64,000 bases of DNA from Escherichia phage EJP2. The notes beneath the pieces were generated by a model, which saw nothing but the letters and a program-made list of their open reading frames with translations, had not been told where the DNA came from and made no database searches. The translations under genes and the position numbers were made by a program. Below, piece after piece: positions 52,987 through 62,717 of this stretch (position 1 is the first letter of the stretch; every line of letters starts with the position of its first letter). The stretch lies in the sequence record OQ411014.1; one strand, 5' to 3'.

Positions 52987-53958
52987 ATGGACATACAACA
53001 AACTGCCGAACAACTGCAAAAATTCGCAGATGCACATGGCCTGAACATGGATTGTTCAGTACTACTAGATCAGATGGACTCTGGTGATTTCATTGAACTC
53101 AATGGGGCAATTGACAACTCTGATAACCATTCTATTATGCAGATTCTGCAAAAATACAAAGCACGCTTGAGTGAGAGCTATGGTTACTTTACTGGGAATA
53201 TCCTAGTTGAATCTTATGGCTTGAATTTCATCAACTCATTGAGCTATAATTCTCTTGAGAAATTTTTCAAAGAGAACGTATCTTTTGCAATGCATGATAA
53301 TAGTCATTTGACGATTGCAGAAATGAAAACAATTGCATATGATCATGCAAACATTGATAACGTTTCTGTGTTTATGGAAGATAATAACCCACAAGCACAA
53401 CTTACTGCTAACATTATTGCTAATGCAAACACTCGCCAACAACAAACGCAAGTGAACCCACAAACGCAAGCAAAAATGAAACAAGCTGAGTTACAACGTA
53501 ACTCCGGTAACAACGCAATGAAAGTTACTGTACCAGGTAATCAGTCTGGTACTAACAACGTAGCAACTCTTGTTGGTGTTGATCCAGGACCAACTGAACA
53601 GCAGACGTTGGTGGTAACTAAAGATCCTCAAAAACAAAACCAAGTAAATGTTTATGGTTTGGATGACGTGAATCCTGTAGACCAACAAGGTCAAATCAAC
53701 ATGACTGAAGAGTATTCTCCACAAGAGATCAATCAAGATGTTATGGCTCCAAGCGGTGCACACCCTGAGAGTGGTGGGCCATCCCCACTAACAGTTACTG
53801 AACCTGGTATTGGTGGTATCATTCAAGCTATTGCACATATCGAGTCCGAAGATAATATTCATGGTGATGAAAGCCCAATGGGTAATCAATCAATGAATGA
53901 TGAGAACGATATTATTGCACAAATCATTGATAACTGTTCTAAGATGCGAGGCCGCTAA
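52987..53958 (+). CDS. Hypothetical Gln/Asn-rich protein (323 aa)
   Basis: ORF with GGAGAG RBS; low-complexity Q/N/P tracts. Confidence 0.45.
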   Translation: MDIQQTAEQLQKFADAHGLNMDCSVLLDQMDSGDFIELNGAIDNSDNHSIMQILQKYKARLSESYGYFTGNILVESYGLNFINSLSYNSLEKFFKENVSFAMHDNSHLTIAEMKTIAYDHANIDNVSVFMEDNNPQAQLTANIIANANTRQQQTQVNPQTQAKMKQAELQRNSGNNAMKVTVPGNQSGTNNVATLVGVDPGPTEQQTLVVTKDPQKQNQVNVYGLDDVNPVDQQGQINMTEEYSPQEINQDVMAPSGAHPESGGPSPLTVTEPGIGGIIQAIAHIESEDNIHGDESPMGNQSMNDENDIIAQIIDNCSKMRGR

Positions 53959-54188
53959 TGAGAATGACCACGAATATCTATGGTCACTCAGTAATGGTAT
54001 CAAATGAAGAATATTCAGTATTGAAAAAAATCAAAGAGCGTGGTAAGATCCCCGCTCTCAAGATTCAAGAATATTACAGAACTGTAGCAGACAAATTGGT
54101 TTCTCGTGGAGTACTAAATAAAGTTCACGAGGATGGAAAGGATTTCTATGAACCAATAGGGAGTGAAGATGAAAGACAGCACAAGTGA
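53958..54188 (+). CDS. Small hypothetical protein (76 aa)
   Basis: ORF; its start overlaps the upstream stop. Confidence 0.4.
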   Translation: MRMTTNIYGHSVMVSNEEYSVLKKIKERGKIPALKIQEYYRTVADKLVSRGVLNKVHEDGKDFYEPIGSEDERQHK

Positions 54189-54891
54189 TTTTATGGAAGG
54201 AATGCTATCGTCTTTGAATGATATTGAAGATGGTATCCAACCACAATCTCGACCACAACAAAATTACAATCACAATCAGAACCCAAATCAAGGTTTTGAT
54301 GTATATGCGGCACAAGCCGAATCTGCTGCTCGTGCACTCAATGAAACTAAAAACCTCTTAGAAGGTCTAACTGACATTGGGTTTGAATATGGAAATATCA
54401 ACAATCCAGACGCAGAAGCACAATCACAGCGTGCACCAACATATTCTGAATCACCAAGTACTTATGCACAACCAGTGTATAATGAACCAAAAATCCAGAA
54501 GCCATCGCGTCACTGGAGCTTAGTTGAGAATATTTTACAAGGTACTAAGAGTACTAAAGTATACAGTATAAAATGTAATTACAGTAACGAAGTACTAATG
54601 GATGGCATGTTGATGTTTGAATCATCCCAAACGTTAGTAAACTTACTCAATGAAGGACGTAATCTTTCGGACATAAAAGTACTAGGGATTATAAGTTCTG
54701 GTATACAGTACAGTACTGTTGTTATGGAAACACTTCGCAATGTGAAGAAACGCCAAAAAGTACTAAACGAATCACAGTATGATGTAGCCAAAGATCTTGA
54801 TGTGGTTATTTCAGAGAAGAAGAATGAAGCCAAACAACTAAGAAATCGTGTAATCAAATTTTTAGTTGACGAAGGATACATAACTAAATAA
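54169..54891 (+). CDS. Hypothetical protein (about 240 aa)
   Basis: ATG 54169 preceded by GGGAG; the track start 54163 is GTG. Confidence 0.45.
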   Translation: MKDSTSDFMEGMLSSLNDIEDGIQPQSRPQQNYNHNQNPNQGFDVYAAQAESAARALNETKNLLEGLTDIGFEYGNINNPDAEAQSQRAPTYSESPSTYAQPVYNEPKIQKPSRHWSLVENILQGTKSTKVYSIKCNYSNEVLMDGMLMFESSQTLVNLLNEGRNLSDIKVLGIISSGIQYSTVVMETLRNVKKRQKVLNESQYDVAKDLDVVISEKKNEAKQLRNRVIKFLVDEGYITK

Positions 54892-54924
54892 AATAGGAAT
54901 TGACTATTATAAGGAAATATACAA

Positions 54925-55554
54925 ATGTCTAAGAATTTTTCTAAATTGATGGAAACTGCTAACAAAGGTGAAGCAATGTCTTACATTCGTCTAAACGAAT
55001 CTAACATTGAGAAAGCTGAAATTGTTCTAGCAGTCAAAGGCGAGATTGTTGACAAGCTACAACGTCAAGCTGAAGTAATCAACAACATGGGCGTGGACGT
55101 ATTAGGCCCACTACTAGATCGTATCAAAGCTGAACATGGTCTTGAATCTGCTGAAAGTTTCCGTAACAACATCAGCGGCCTATTAGAGCACGCAGTAAAA
55201 ACTCTAATGGATGTAAAAGATAAGATCAGTACTGAAACTCTAAAACTAACTGGTGATATTACCAATGAACCTAGTATCAGTGAACTAGGTGCAGGTGCAG
55301 ATGAAATGTCTCTTGACATGCAAACTCCAGAGTTTGACTTTGAAGCAGATGCAGATTTTGAAGATATTGATGTTGAACCAACTCCAGCAGAACGTGAAAT
55401 GAAAGAATCCGTTCAACCTAAACGTATCGGTATTGAGATTGAAAGTAAGTCCGGTGTTGTAGGTCGCAAGTTCTTCGAGAGCAAGCAATCTATGAAAACT
55501 TGGCTAACTGAAAACGAACACAAAATCAAACGCGTTATTGGTATGGTAAAATAA
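54925..55554 (+). CDS. Hypothetical acidic protein (209 aa) with high-expression codon bias
   Basis: AAGGAAA RBS; codon usage resembles the capsid gene. Confidence 0.5.
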   Translation: MSKNFSKLMETANKGEAMSYIRLNESNIEKAEIVLAVKGEIVDKLQRQAEVINNMGVDVLGPLLDRIKAEHGLESAESFRNNISGLLEHAVKTLMDVKDKISTETLKLTGDITNEPSISELGAGADEMSLDMQTPEFDFEADADFEDIDVEPTPAEREMKESVQPKRIGIEIESKSGVVGRKFFESKQSMKTWLTENEHKIKRVIGMVK

Positions 55555-55563
55555 GGATACAGG

Positions 55564-55890
55564 ATGAAATTCAGTGAACTAACTGAAGTCGCTCCTGAGA
55601 AGAATATCCAAAGTATGATCATGACCACTGCACTATCTTTAGTTGCAACTGGTCGTGAAGAAGTGAAACTACAATCACTAATTGGTGAAATCAAAAAGCG
55701 TACTAACATTGATGTTCCATACAACGTTATGGTTGACATTCTTAGTAACCTACCTTTTGTAACTGATGTAAATAGTGATGTAGTTACCTTCGGTGGTGAG
55801 GATACCAGTACTGATGCCCCTGAAGAGGATTCAGCAGATATCGTTGCTGATATGGCATCAAAAGCGGCGTCAAGTAATTTGAAGCAATAA
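55564..55890 (+). CDS. Hypothetical acidic protein (108 aa)
   Basis: ORF directly following the previous gene. Confidence 0.45.
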   Translation: MKFSELTEVAPEKNIQSMIMTTALSLVATGREEVKLQSLIGEIKKRTNIDVPYNVMVDILSNLPFVTDVNSDVVTFGGEDTSTDAPEEDSADIVADMASKAASSNLKQ

Positions 55891-55910
55891 ATTGAGACAG
55901 ATTTACATAA

Positions 55911-55921
55911 TGTGATATAAT
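55911..55921 (+). promoter_or_regulatory. Early-type promoter TGTGATATAAT
   Basis: Exact box immediately upstream of the AGGAG RBS of the nuclease gene. Confidence 0.55.
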
Positions 55922-55933
55922 AGGAGTACAAGG

Positions 55934-56647
55934 ATGTACATACCACCAATCGTAGAACGATTCACTTATGCAGGTTACGAGAGAATAGAAGGCGGCCCAG
56001 AAGGTCGCCTTTATTCAACTCCAAGTGGTAATCTTCCTTCAGTAACTACAATATTATCTGCAACTGATAATAATGAAGGATTGAAGCAGTGGCGGGAATT
56101 CGTTGGAAACGAAAAAGCAGATGCAATCTGTTTGGAAGCAACAACAATTGGTACGTTTATGCACGAAAATCTGGAGAACCGATTGATTGGTAAACCTGAT
56201 CATGAAGGTGGAATGCCAGTACGAGTACTAGCTCGTAGAATGGCAGATGTTATTCAGAATGAAGCATGGCCTCATATAAATGAGGTATGGGGACAAGAAG
56301 TACCGTTGTACTATGAAGGATTATGGGCTGGCACTACTGACTTGGTAGGAGTTCACAATGGACTACCTACAATTATGGATTACAAAAATTCACGTAAAGA
56401 AAAGAAATGGAAACAGATTGAGAACTATCGTATGCAGCTTGCAGCTTATGCTCTTGCTCATAACTATCAGTTCGGTACGGATATAAATAGAGGCGTGATT
56501 TTTATTTGTGTTCGAAAAGATCCAAACAATCCAACATATCAAGAGTTCGTTGTTGAAGGAGATGACTTCAAAGAGGCTTGTAATATGTGGATTGAACGAG
56601 TTGAACAATATTATACTTTACGCGGAGAAATACAACATGGGAACTAG
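55934..56647 (+). CDS. PD-(D/E)xK-family nuclease (possible recombination exonuclease)
   Basis: GTTDLVGVHNGLPTIMDYKNSRK and YRMQLAAYALA fit the D...(D/E)xK...QxxxY arrangement of RecB/lambda-exo-like nucleases. Confidence 0.5.
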   Translation: MYIPPIVERFTYAGYERIEGGPEGRLYSTPSGNLPSVTTILSATDNNEGLKQWREFVGNEKADAICLEATTIGTFMHENLENRLIGKPDHEGGMPVRVLARRMADVIQNEAWPHINEVWGQEVPLYYEGLWAGTTDLVGVHNGLPTIMDYKNSRKEKKWKQIENYRMQLAAYALAHNYQFGTDINRGVIFICVRKDPNNPTYQEFVVEGDDFKEACNMWIERVEQYYTLRGEIQHGN

Positions 56648-57230
56648 AACTATGAAACAAGACATTTTTACTATCAAAGCAATCGAATCTAAAGGTTATG
56701 AACTAGAAGAACTAATCACTCGTTCCGATGAAGAGATCGAGAAACTCCCACTAAGTGCTAAACTAATCACTTTCATTCAAGAGCTAAAAACTCGTGGTGG
56801 TAAAACTGCTGACCAACTAGCAGAACAAATCGCAGACCTAATGATGCGTGAAGAAAATGAACCAGCACCTGCTGTAGTTGAAGCATATGCAGATGTTAGC
56901 GAAGAAGTAGAAGAACTACCAACTATTACAATGTTAGTTGATGATGAAACTGAAATTGTAGTACAAGGTGACGAAGTTACTATCGAAGCTGAAACTATTG
57001 TCGTAGAAACTAAAGAAGTCCCAGTAGAACGCACTGAAGCTGCTCCTGATGATATTGCAGTCATCCGTGAAGCACTAGCAGCGAAAGAAGCAAAATCTTT
57101 CCAACCTTTCATCAAACACTTGAAAGCAGCAGTTCCAGCATCTATCCTAGACGCAGTAGACAGTACTGTAGTATCTGATCTAATCGATGCTCGTATTGCT
57201 GAAGTCAAGGCAGCAGCAGAAAAGAAATAA
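56637..57230 (+). CDS. Highly acidic protein (about 197 aa) with high-expression codon bias
   Basis: GGAGA RBS before ATG 56637; E/D/V/T-rich repeats (EEVEELPTITMLVDDETEIVVQGDEVTIEAETIVVETKEV). Confidence 0.5.
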   Translation: MGTRTMKQDIFTIKAIESKGYELEELITRSDEEIEKLPLSAKLITFIQELKTRGGKTADQLAEQIADLMMREENEPAPAVVEAYADVSEEVEELPTITMLVDDETEIVVQGDEVTIEAETIVVETKEVPVERTEAAPDDIAVIREALAAKEAKSFQPFIKHLKAAVPASILDAVDSTVVSDLIDARIAEVKAAAEKK

Positions 57231-57260
57231 ATAATCCTATAATATTATAGGAGATAATAT

Positions 57261-57827
57261 ATGGCACAACAACAAGTCGCTCTACAGCAAGTACGTTCCG
57301 GTAAACAGCGTGATTTACCGGACGCTTTAGAGAAAGGTCAAATAGGTTTCAGTACTGACGTTGGTCGTTTGTTCATTGGTTTACCATCCGCATCAGAACC
57401 ATCCTCTTTGGTCGCGGGTCGTAATTGGACAAATGCACCTAACTCTGGTAAAGAAAACGTAGAAATACTAACAGAATTTACACCGTGGGAAATCATAAAT
57501 GATTTGGTAAGTAAGCCAAACGTTATTGAAGTCCCTCCGTCAACAACACTAACATCCACTATTCGAAGTAAATCACGTGCATTCATAAATTATGTTGCAT
57601 ATGATGACACAACTGTGTTAGAATCTGGATCAGTACAAATTGTAGTAGATGGTACACGTACTCTTCTATCACAACAAAACAACACGAATCAGGATGATGG
57701 TATCTTTATGATTACTTTCTTGGAACCTTCATATGATTCAACGTCTCAACGAATGACTATGCCAGTACAGAATAGTAGTACTCGCAAATTCACAGTTGAA
57801 TTCCTTATAAGTGGGTGGGATAAGTAA
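57261..57827 (+). CDS. Hypothetical protein (188 aa), possibly virion-associated
   Basis: Late-type box AATAAATAATCC at 57226 and an 8 bp palindrome abutting the RBS; motif QIGFSTDVGRLFIG. Confidence 0.45.
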   Translation: MAQQQVALQQVRSGKQRDLPDALEKGQIGFSTDVGRLFIGLPSASEPSSLVAGRNWTNAPNSGKENVEILTEFTPWEIINDLVSKPNVIEVPPSTTLTSTIRSKSRAFINYVAYDDTTVLESGSVQIVVDGTRTLLSQQNNTNQDDGIFMITFLEPSYDSTSQRMTMPVQNSSTRKFTVEFLISGWDK

Positions 57828-57830
57828 AAA

Positions 57831-57851
57831 AAGGCTTTCCCGCCTTTTTAT
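57831..57851 (+). terminator. Weak terminator hairpin
   Basis: AAGGC TTTCCC GCCTT stem-loop followed by TTTTA. Confidence 0.4.
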
Positions 57852-57891
57852 TCCCCTATATAAAATTACAGTAAACAAACAAGGATGTATA

Positions 57892-60213
57892 ATGATCAAC
57901 GTTACAAAACGTAATGGTGCGTTAGAAGCACTAGACTTAGAAAAAATTCACCAAATTCTTTTCTTCGCAGCAGATAAACTTAGTGGTGTTTCCGTATCTG
58001 AAATTGAGTTACGTGCTCAACTACAGTTCCATGAGGGCATCAAAACAAGTGAAATCCATGATATCCTTATCAAAGCTGCATCCGAATTGATTAGTGCTGA
58101 AACTCCTAATTACCAATACGTTGCTGGTCGTCTAATCAACTACTCTCTACGGAAAGTCGTTTACGGTACTTATGAACCAATCAAGTTCTCAACTCATGTA
58201 CAAGACCTAGTAGACCGTGGGATTTATGATCCTGAAGTACTGGAAAAGTATTCGATGCTTGAGATTGAAGAACTCGGCAAATACATCAAACATAAGCGAG
58301 ATGATAAATTCACTTATGCAGCGATGGAACAATGGCTCGGTAAGTATCTATGTAAGAACCGTGTTACTAAAGAAATTTATGAAACCCCACAGATGGCTTA
58401 CATGCTAATGTCTGCTATTATTTTTATGGAATACGACCCAAGTACTCGTATGTCCTATGTGAAACGCTTCTACGATTCCATTAGTAACTTTGATATTAGC
58501 CTACCAACACCAATCATGGCTGGTCTACGTACTAACACTCGCCAGTTTAGCTCTTGTGTAGTACTGAACATTGGTGATAGCCTTGATAGTATTGGTTCTT
58601 CTAACCATGCAATTCTACGTTACATCTCCCGTAAAGCTGGTCTAGGTATCAACTTTGGTCGTGTACGTGCAATTGACTCTGCTATTCGTGGTGGTGATGC
58701 AGTCCATACTGGCGTTATCCCATTCATCGCAGCAGCAGCAAAAACTGTAAAATCCTGTTCTCAGGGTGGCGTTCGTGGTGGTGCAGCAACTATCCACTTC
58801 CCACTATGGCACTATGAGTTTGAAAGTCTTGTAGTACTGAAGAATAACAAAGGAACCGAATTCAACCGTGTACGTCAAATGGACTACTGCTTCCAATTGA
58901 ACGAAACACTATATGAGCGTTTATGTACTCGCGGTGATATCTCTTTCTTCTCCCCAAGTGACGTTCCAGGGCTATATGAAGCATTCTGTGTTGATAATGC
59001 AACATTCGAAAAGCTATACGTACAATACGAAAACGACCCAAGCATTCGTCGCAAGACTATGCCAGCGGTAGAAGTGTTTACTATTCTAATGAACGAACGT
59101 TCCAGTACTGGTCGTATCTACATTCAGAATATTGACAGTACTAACGAACACTCACCATTTGACCCAACTGTTGCACCGATTGAACAGAGTAACTTGTGTC
59201 AAGAAATCGCACTACCTTCAGTTCCATTTGAAGATGTGAATGGTGATGATGGTCTAATCAGTCTATGTACACTAGCAGCAATCAACTGGGGTAACTTCGA
59301 AAACCCAAGTGATATGGAAAACGCGTGTGATCTATCTGTTCGTGCATTAGATTCACTACTAGCATACCAAGACTACCCAGTAGGCCACGCTAAACGTGCT
59401 ACAGACTTGTATCGTCCACTAGGTGTTGGTATCATCAACCTAGCTTACTTCCTAGCTAAACGTGGTCTACGCTACGATGAAGGTGCATTAGAGACAGTGA
59501 ACGAGTGGGCTGAAGCATGGTCTTACTACTTACTGAAATCTTCGGTAGAACTTGCAAAAGAGAAAGGACGTTGTGAAGGATTTGAAAATCTCCGGTATGC
59601 TCAAGGTATTCTCCCAGTAGATACTTATAAGCGAACTGTTGATGAACTAGTAAGTCCTGAACTAAAAATGGATTGGGATTCTCTCCGTGCTGATATCGCT
59701 GAATATGGCATTCGTAACGCAACTACAATGGCACTAATGCCAGCGGAAACAAGTGCACAAATCAGTAACAGTACTAACGGTATTGAACCACCACGTAGTC
59801 TAGTAAGTATCAAGGCATCCAAAGATGGTATCTTGAAACAAGTAGTACCAGAAATTGGTAAACTCAAAAACAACTACACCCTACTATGGGATATGAAAGA
59901 CAACAGTGGTTATCTGAAAATTGTTGCAGTACTGCAAAAATACATAGACCAGAGTATTAGTGCTAATACTAGCTACAACCCAGCTAACTATCCAGATGGT
60001 AAACTATCAATGAAACTTCTTCTTGGTGAATTACTACTCGCATATAAGTACGGCGTGAAGAACCTGTACTATATGAACACCAACGACCAAGCAGGAGAAG
60101 TTGATGTATCTAAAACCGCAACCGATGGGAATAAAGTCCCTGAATTGAAAGGATTTATCCTTTCAAATATTCCGCTCGATGATGAAGGTGGATGCGATTC
60201 CTGTACTATCTAA
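57892..60213 (+). CDS. nrdA: Ribonucleotide reductase large subunit, class Ia (NrdA)
   Basis: N-terminal ATP-cone start MINVTKRNGALEALDLEKIH; AAGGA RBS before ATG 57892; 773 aa; active-site Cys-containing blocks present. Confidence 0.85.
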   Translation: MINVTKRNGALEALDLEKIHQILFFAADKLSGVSVSEIELRAQLQFHEGIKTSEIHDILIKAASELISAETPNYQYVAGRLINYSLRKVVYGTYEPIKFSTHVQDLVDRGIYDPEVLEKYSMLEIEELGKYIKHKRDDKFTYAAMEQWLGKYLCKNRVTKEIYETPQMAYMLMSAIIFMEYDPSTRMSYVKRFYDSISNFDISLPTPIMAGLRTNTRQFSSCVVLNIGDSLDSIGSSNHAILRYISRKAGLGINFGRVRAIDSAIRGGDAVHTGVIPFIAAAAKTVKSCSQGGVRGGAATIHFPLWHYEFESLVVLKNNKGTEFNRVRQMDYCFQLNETLYERLCTRGDISFFSPSDVPGLYEAFCVDNATFEKLYVQYENDPSIRRKTMPAVEVFTILMNERSSTGRIYIQNIDSTNEHSPFDPTVAPIEQSNLCQEIALPSVPFEDVNGDDGLISLCTLAAINWGNFENPSDMENACDLSVRALDSLLAYQDYPVGHAKRATDLYRPLGVGIINLAYFLAKRGLRYDEGALETVNEWAEAWSYYLLKSSVELAKEKGRCEGFENLRYAQGILPVDTYKRTVDELVSPELKMDWDSLRADIAEYGIRNATTMALMPAETSAQISNSTNGIEPPRSLVSIKASKDGILKQVVPEIGKLKNNYTLLWDMKDNSGYLKIVAVLQKYIDQSISANTSYNPANYPDGKLSMKLLLGELLLAYKYGVKNLYYMNTNDQAGEVDVSKTATDGNKVPELKGFILSNIPLDDEGGCDSCTI

Positions 60214-60221
60214 TAACAATC

Positions 60222-60255
60222 AACTACCCAATGCTATGTTGGGTAGTTTTTTAAT
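60222..60255 (+). terminator. Rho-independent terminator
   Basis: AACTACCCAA TGCTATG TTGGGTAGTT hairpin followed by TTTTAAT. Confidence 0.65.
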
Positions 60256-60276
60256 AAAAAACGAGGTAAAGTAAAA

Positions 60277-61041
60277 ATGAAAGTTGATTATTACAAACCA
60301 ATGTCACTTGATTTTATTGAAGAATTTTGGGAAGACCTTGATATGAATCTTGTGATTCAGAAACAAAATCTACCAGAGGACTTCATTTCTAAACATATCA
60401 ATAAGCTAGACACTAACGCACTCGCACGGTATCAGAAACTATCTGTTGATTTCATCAAAGAGAAATGGGAATGGTTTGATAAGAATATTGTTATGCAATA
60501 TATTGTTATGCCGATGGAATGGATTGCAGAGAAGTGGGATGAACTAAAAAACACTGCTGCTGACACCATTGCGAAGTATCAGAAGCTAACAGTTGACTTC
60601 ATCAAAGAGAAGTGGGATACTTGGAGCACTGCTGCTACTGAGTTCATTTCGAAGTATCAGAAGCTAACAGTTGACTTCATCAAAGAGAAGTGGGATTATT
60701 TGGATAAGAACTATATTTCTCAATTCCAAACACTAACAACCGACTTTATCAAAGATAGTCTTTCAACATTGAATGCTAAAGCTGTTGCTGTATTCCAAAT
60801 CATAGAAGATAGTGTTCGTACTCTATTAGGACTACCAGCACCTGCCGCTACAATCACTGGTAATCAAATCCTTGCATTTGATCCATGTTCTGATGGTATG
60901 GCACGTTTCAACGCACACACACCAGACAACAATACAGTACTAACATGGAATGAACTACTACGTCTCCATGGTGGTACACAAGAAGGTAATCGTGATATTC
61001 ACTGGTTATCATGGAAATTAGGAAAATCTATAAACACATAA
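60277..61041 (+). CDS. Tandem-repeat protein (VDFIKEKW units) between nrdA and nrdB
   Basis: Four copies of an approximately 26-residue unit (YQKL[ST]VDFIKEKW...); 254 aa. Confidence 0.5.
   Translation: MKVDYYKPMSLDFIEEFWEDLDMNLVIQKQNLPEDFISKHINKLDTNALARYQKLSVDFIKEKWEWFDKNIVMQYIVMPMEWIAEKWDELKNTAADTIAKYQKLTVDFIKEKWDTWSTAATEFISKYQKLTVDFIKEKWDYLDKNYISQFQTLTTDFIKDSLSTLNAKAVAVFQIIEDSVRTLLGLPAPAATITGNQILAFDPCSDGMARFNAHTPDNNTVLTWNELLRLHGGTQEGNRDIHWLSWKLGKSINT
60573..60695 (+). repeat. Perfect 45 nt direct repeat (two copies, 78 nt period) inside the repeat-protein gene
   Basis: GAAGTATCAGAAGCTAACAGTTGACTTCATCAAAGAGAAGTGGGA at 60573-60617 and 60651-60695; a diverged third copy lies near 60430. Confidence 0.8.
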
Positions 61042-61051
61042 GGAAATGAGA

Positions 61052-62188
61052 ATGTCTGTATTTGCAAAAAATGAAAAATCCCATTTGGAAAAGAAAATGT
61101 TTTTTGACGAAGCAGTTGATATTCAACGTTTTGAACACGTAAAATATTCTGCTATTGATCGTCTATCTGAAACACAATTGGGGTTCTTCTGGCTTCCACA
61201 GGAAGTTGACGTAACTCGTGACAAGATTGACTTTGAAATGCTATCTCCAGTAGAGAAACACATCTTCACTTCTAACTTGAAACGTCAAATTCTACTTGAC
61301 TCTGTTCAAGGTCGTGGTCCAAGCCTAACACTACTTCCTTATACTTCTCTTCCAGAGATTGAAGGTTTCATTAGTATTTGGGATTTCGTGGAAGGTGCTA
61401 TTCATAGTCGTTCCTATACGCACATTATCCGTAACGTATATCCGAACCCATCTGAAGTATTTGACACTATGTTGGATATTCCAGAGATTACTTCATGTGC
61501 AGCGGACGTATCAAAGTACTATGACCGTCTTGATGAGTTGGGTTTACAGTACCGTATGCTTGGTGAAGGTACACATGTTGTAAATGGCGAAACTGTAGTA
61601 GTTGACATGCGTGAACTGAAGAAAGCACTATGGTTATGTTTGAACAGTATCAACGTACTGGAAGGTATTCGTTTTTATGTTTCCTTTGCTTGTTCGTGGG
61701 CTTTTGCACAGAATAAGAAAATGGAAGGTAACGCTAAAATCATCAAACTAATTTGTCGTGATGAGAACCTTCACCTTGCAGCAACACAAATGTGGTTACG
61801 TCTACTCAAGAAAGATGATCCAGATTTCGTGAGTATCGCTGAAGAATGTCAAGAAGAAGTTCAACAAATGTTCCTTGATGCAATTCGTCAAGAAGAAGAG
61901 TGGGCTGACTTCCTATTCAAAGACGGTTCTATGATTGGTGTGAACGCACAAATTCTGAAAGAATACATTCGTTTCATCGGCTCCAAACGTATGCAAGCGG
62001 TTGGTGTGAAATGTCCTTTCCGCGTAAGTAAAACTAACCCACTACCGTGGACTGAGTTCTGGATTAGCGGTTCTGAAATCCAGGTAGCTCCACAAGAAAC
62101 TGAACTAAGTTCATATATCACAGGTGGTATCGTGAACGATCTAGATGATGACTTCTTTGCTGAATTCAAATCTGTAACTACATTATAA
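61052..62188 (+). CDS. nrdB: Ribonucleotide reductase small subunit, class Ia (NrdB)
   Basis: Di-iron ligand pattern incl. FVEGAIHSRSY; 378 aa; ATG 61052 preferred over 61046 on RBS spacing. Confidence 0.85.
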   Translation: MSVFAKNEKSHLEKKMFFDEAVDIQRFEHVKYSAIDRLSETQLGFFWLPQEVDVTRDKIDFEMLSPVEKHIFTSNLKRQILLDSVQGRGPSLTLLPYTSLPEIEGFISIWDFVEGAIHSRSYTHIIRNVYPNPSEVFDTMLDIPEITSCAADVSKYYDRLDELGLQYRMLGEGTHVVNGETVVVDMRELKKALWLCLNSINVLEGIRFYVSFACSWAFAQNKKMEGNAKIIKLICRDENLHLAATQMWLRLLKKDDPDFVSIAEECQEEVQQMFLDAIRQEEEWADFLFKDGSMIGVNAQILKEYIRFIGSKRMQAVGVKCPFRVSKTNPLPWTEFWISGSEIQVAPQETELSSYITGGIVNDLDDDFFAEFKSVTTL

Positions 62189-62193
62189 AAGTA

Positions 62194-62226
62194 AATGGAG
62201 AGCATAATATGTTCTCCATCTTTTTG
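62194..62226 (+). terminator. Rho-independent terminator after nrdB
   Basis: ATGGAGAGCATAATATGTTCTCCAT hairpin followed by CTTTTTG. Confidence 0.65.
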
Positions 62227-62236
62227 AGGGTATATA

Positions 62237-62407
62237 ATGAATAGTTCTGTGTTTAGCTTTCTACCAGATACTGTCTATCGATTTCATTTGGTTGACGGAA
62301 ACCAAATAACTGGTATCATCACTCAAGTGTTTGATGATGGAATCGAGGTTTCTAATCGACGAATCGTTCAAGACAAAATTGTTTTTTGGTACGAAGTTGA
62401 AGAATAA
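62237..62407 (+). CDS. Small hypothetical protein (56 aa), below the ORF-track length cut-off
   Basis: Hand translation MNSSVFSFLPDTVYRFHLVDGNQITGIITQVFDDGIEVSNRRIVQDKIVFWYEVEE; GAGGG upstream. The opposite-strand track ORF 62261-62455 lacks signals. Confidence 0.35.
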   Translation: MNSSVFSFLPDTVYRFHLVDGNQITGIITQVFDDGIEVSNRRIVQDKIVFWYEVEE

Positions 62408-62426
62408 TTGAGATAAAAGATTTTTT

Positions 62427-62700
<274 letters not shown>

Positions 62701-62717
62701 GAACAGGAGCAATACTA

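Noticed and set aside
57811-57891. Upstream start of nrdA at 57811
   Set aside because: It would start before the terminator hairpin and RBS; the conserved N-terminus MINVTKRNG begins at ATG 57892.
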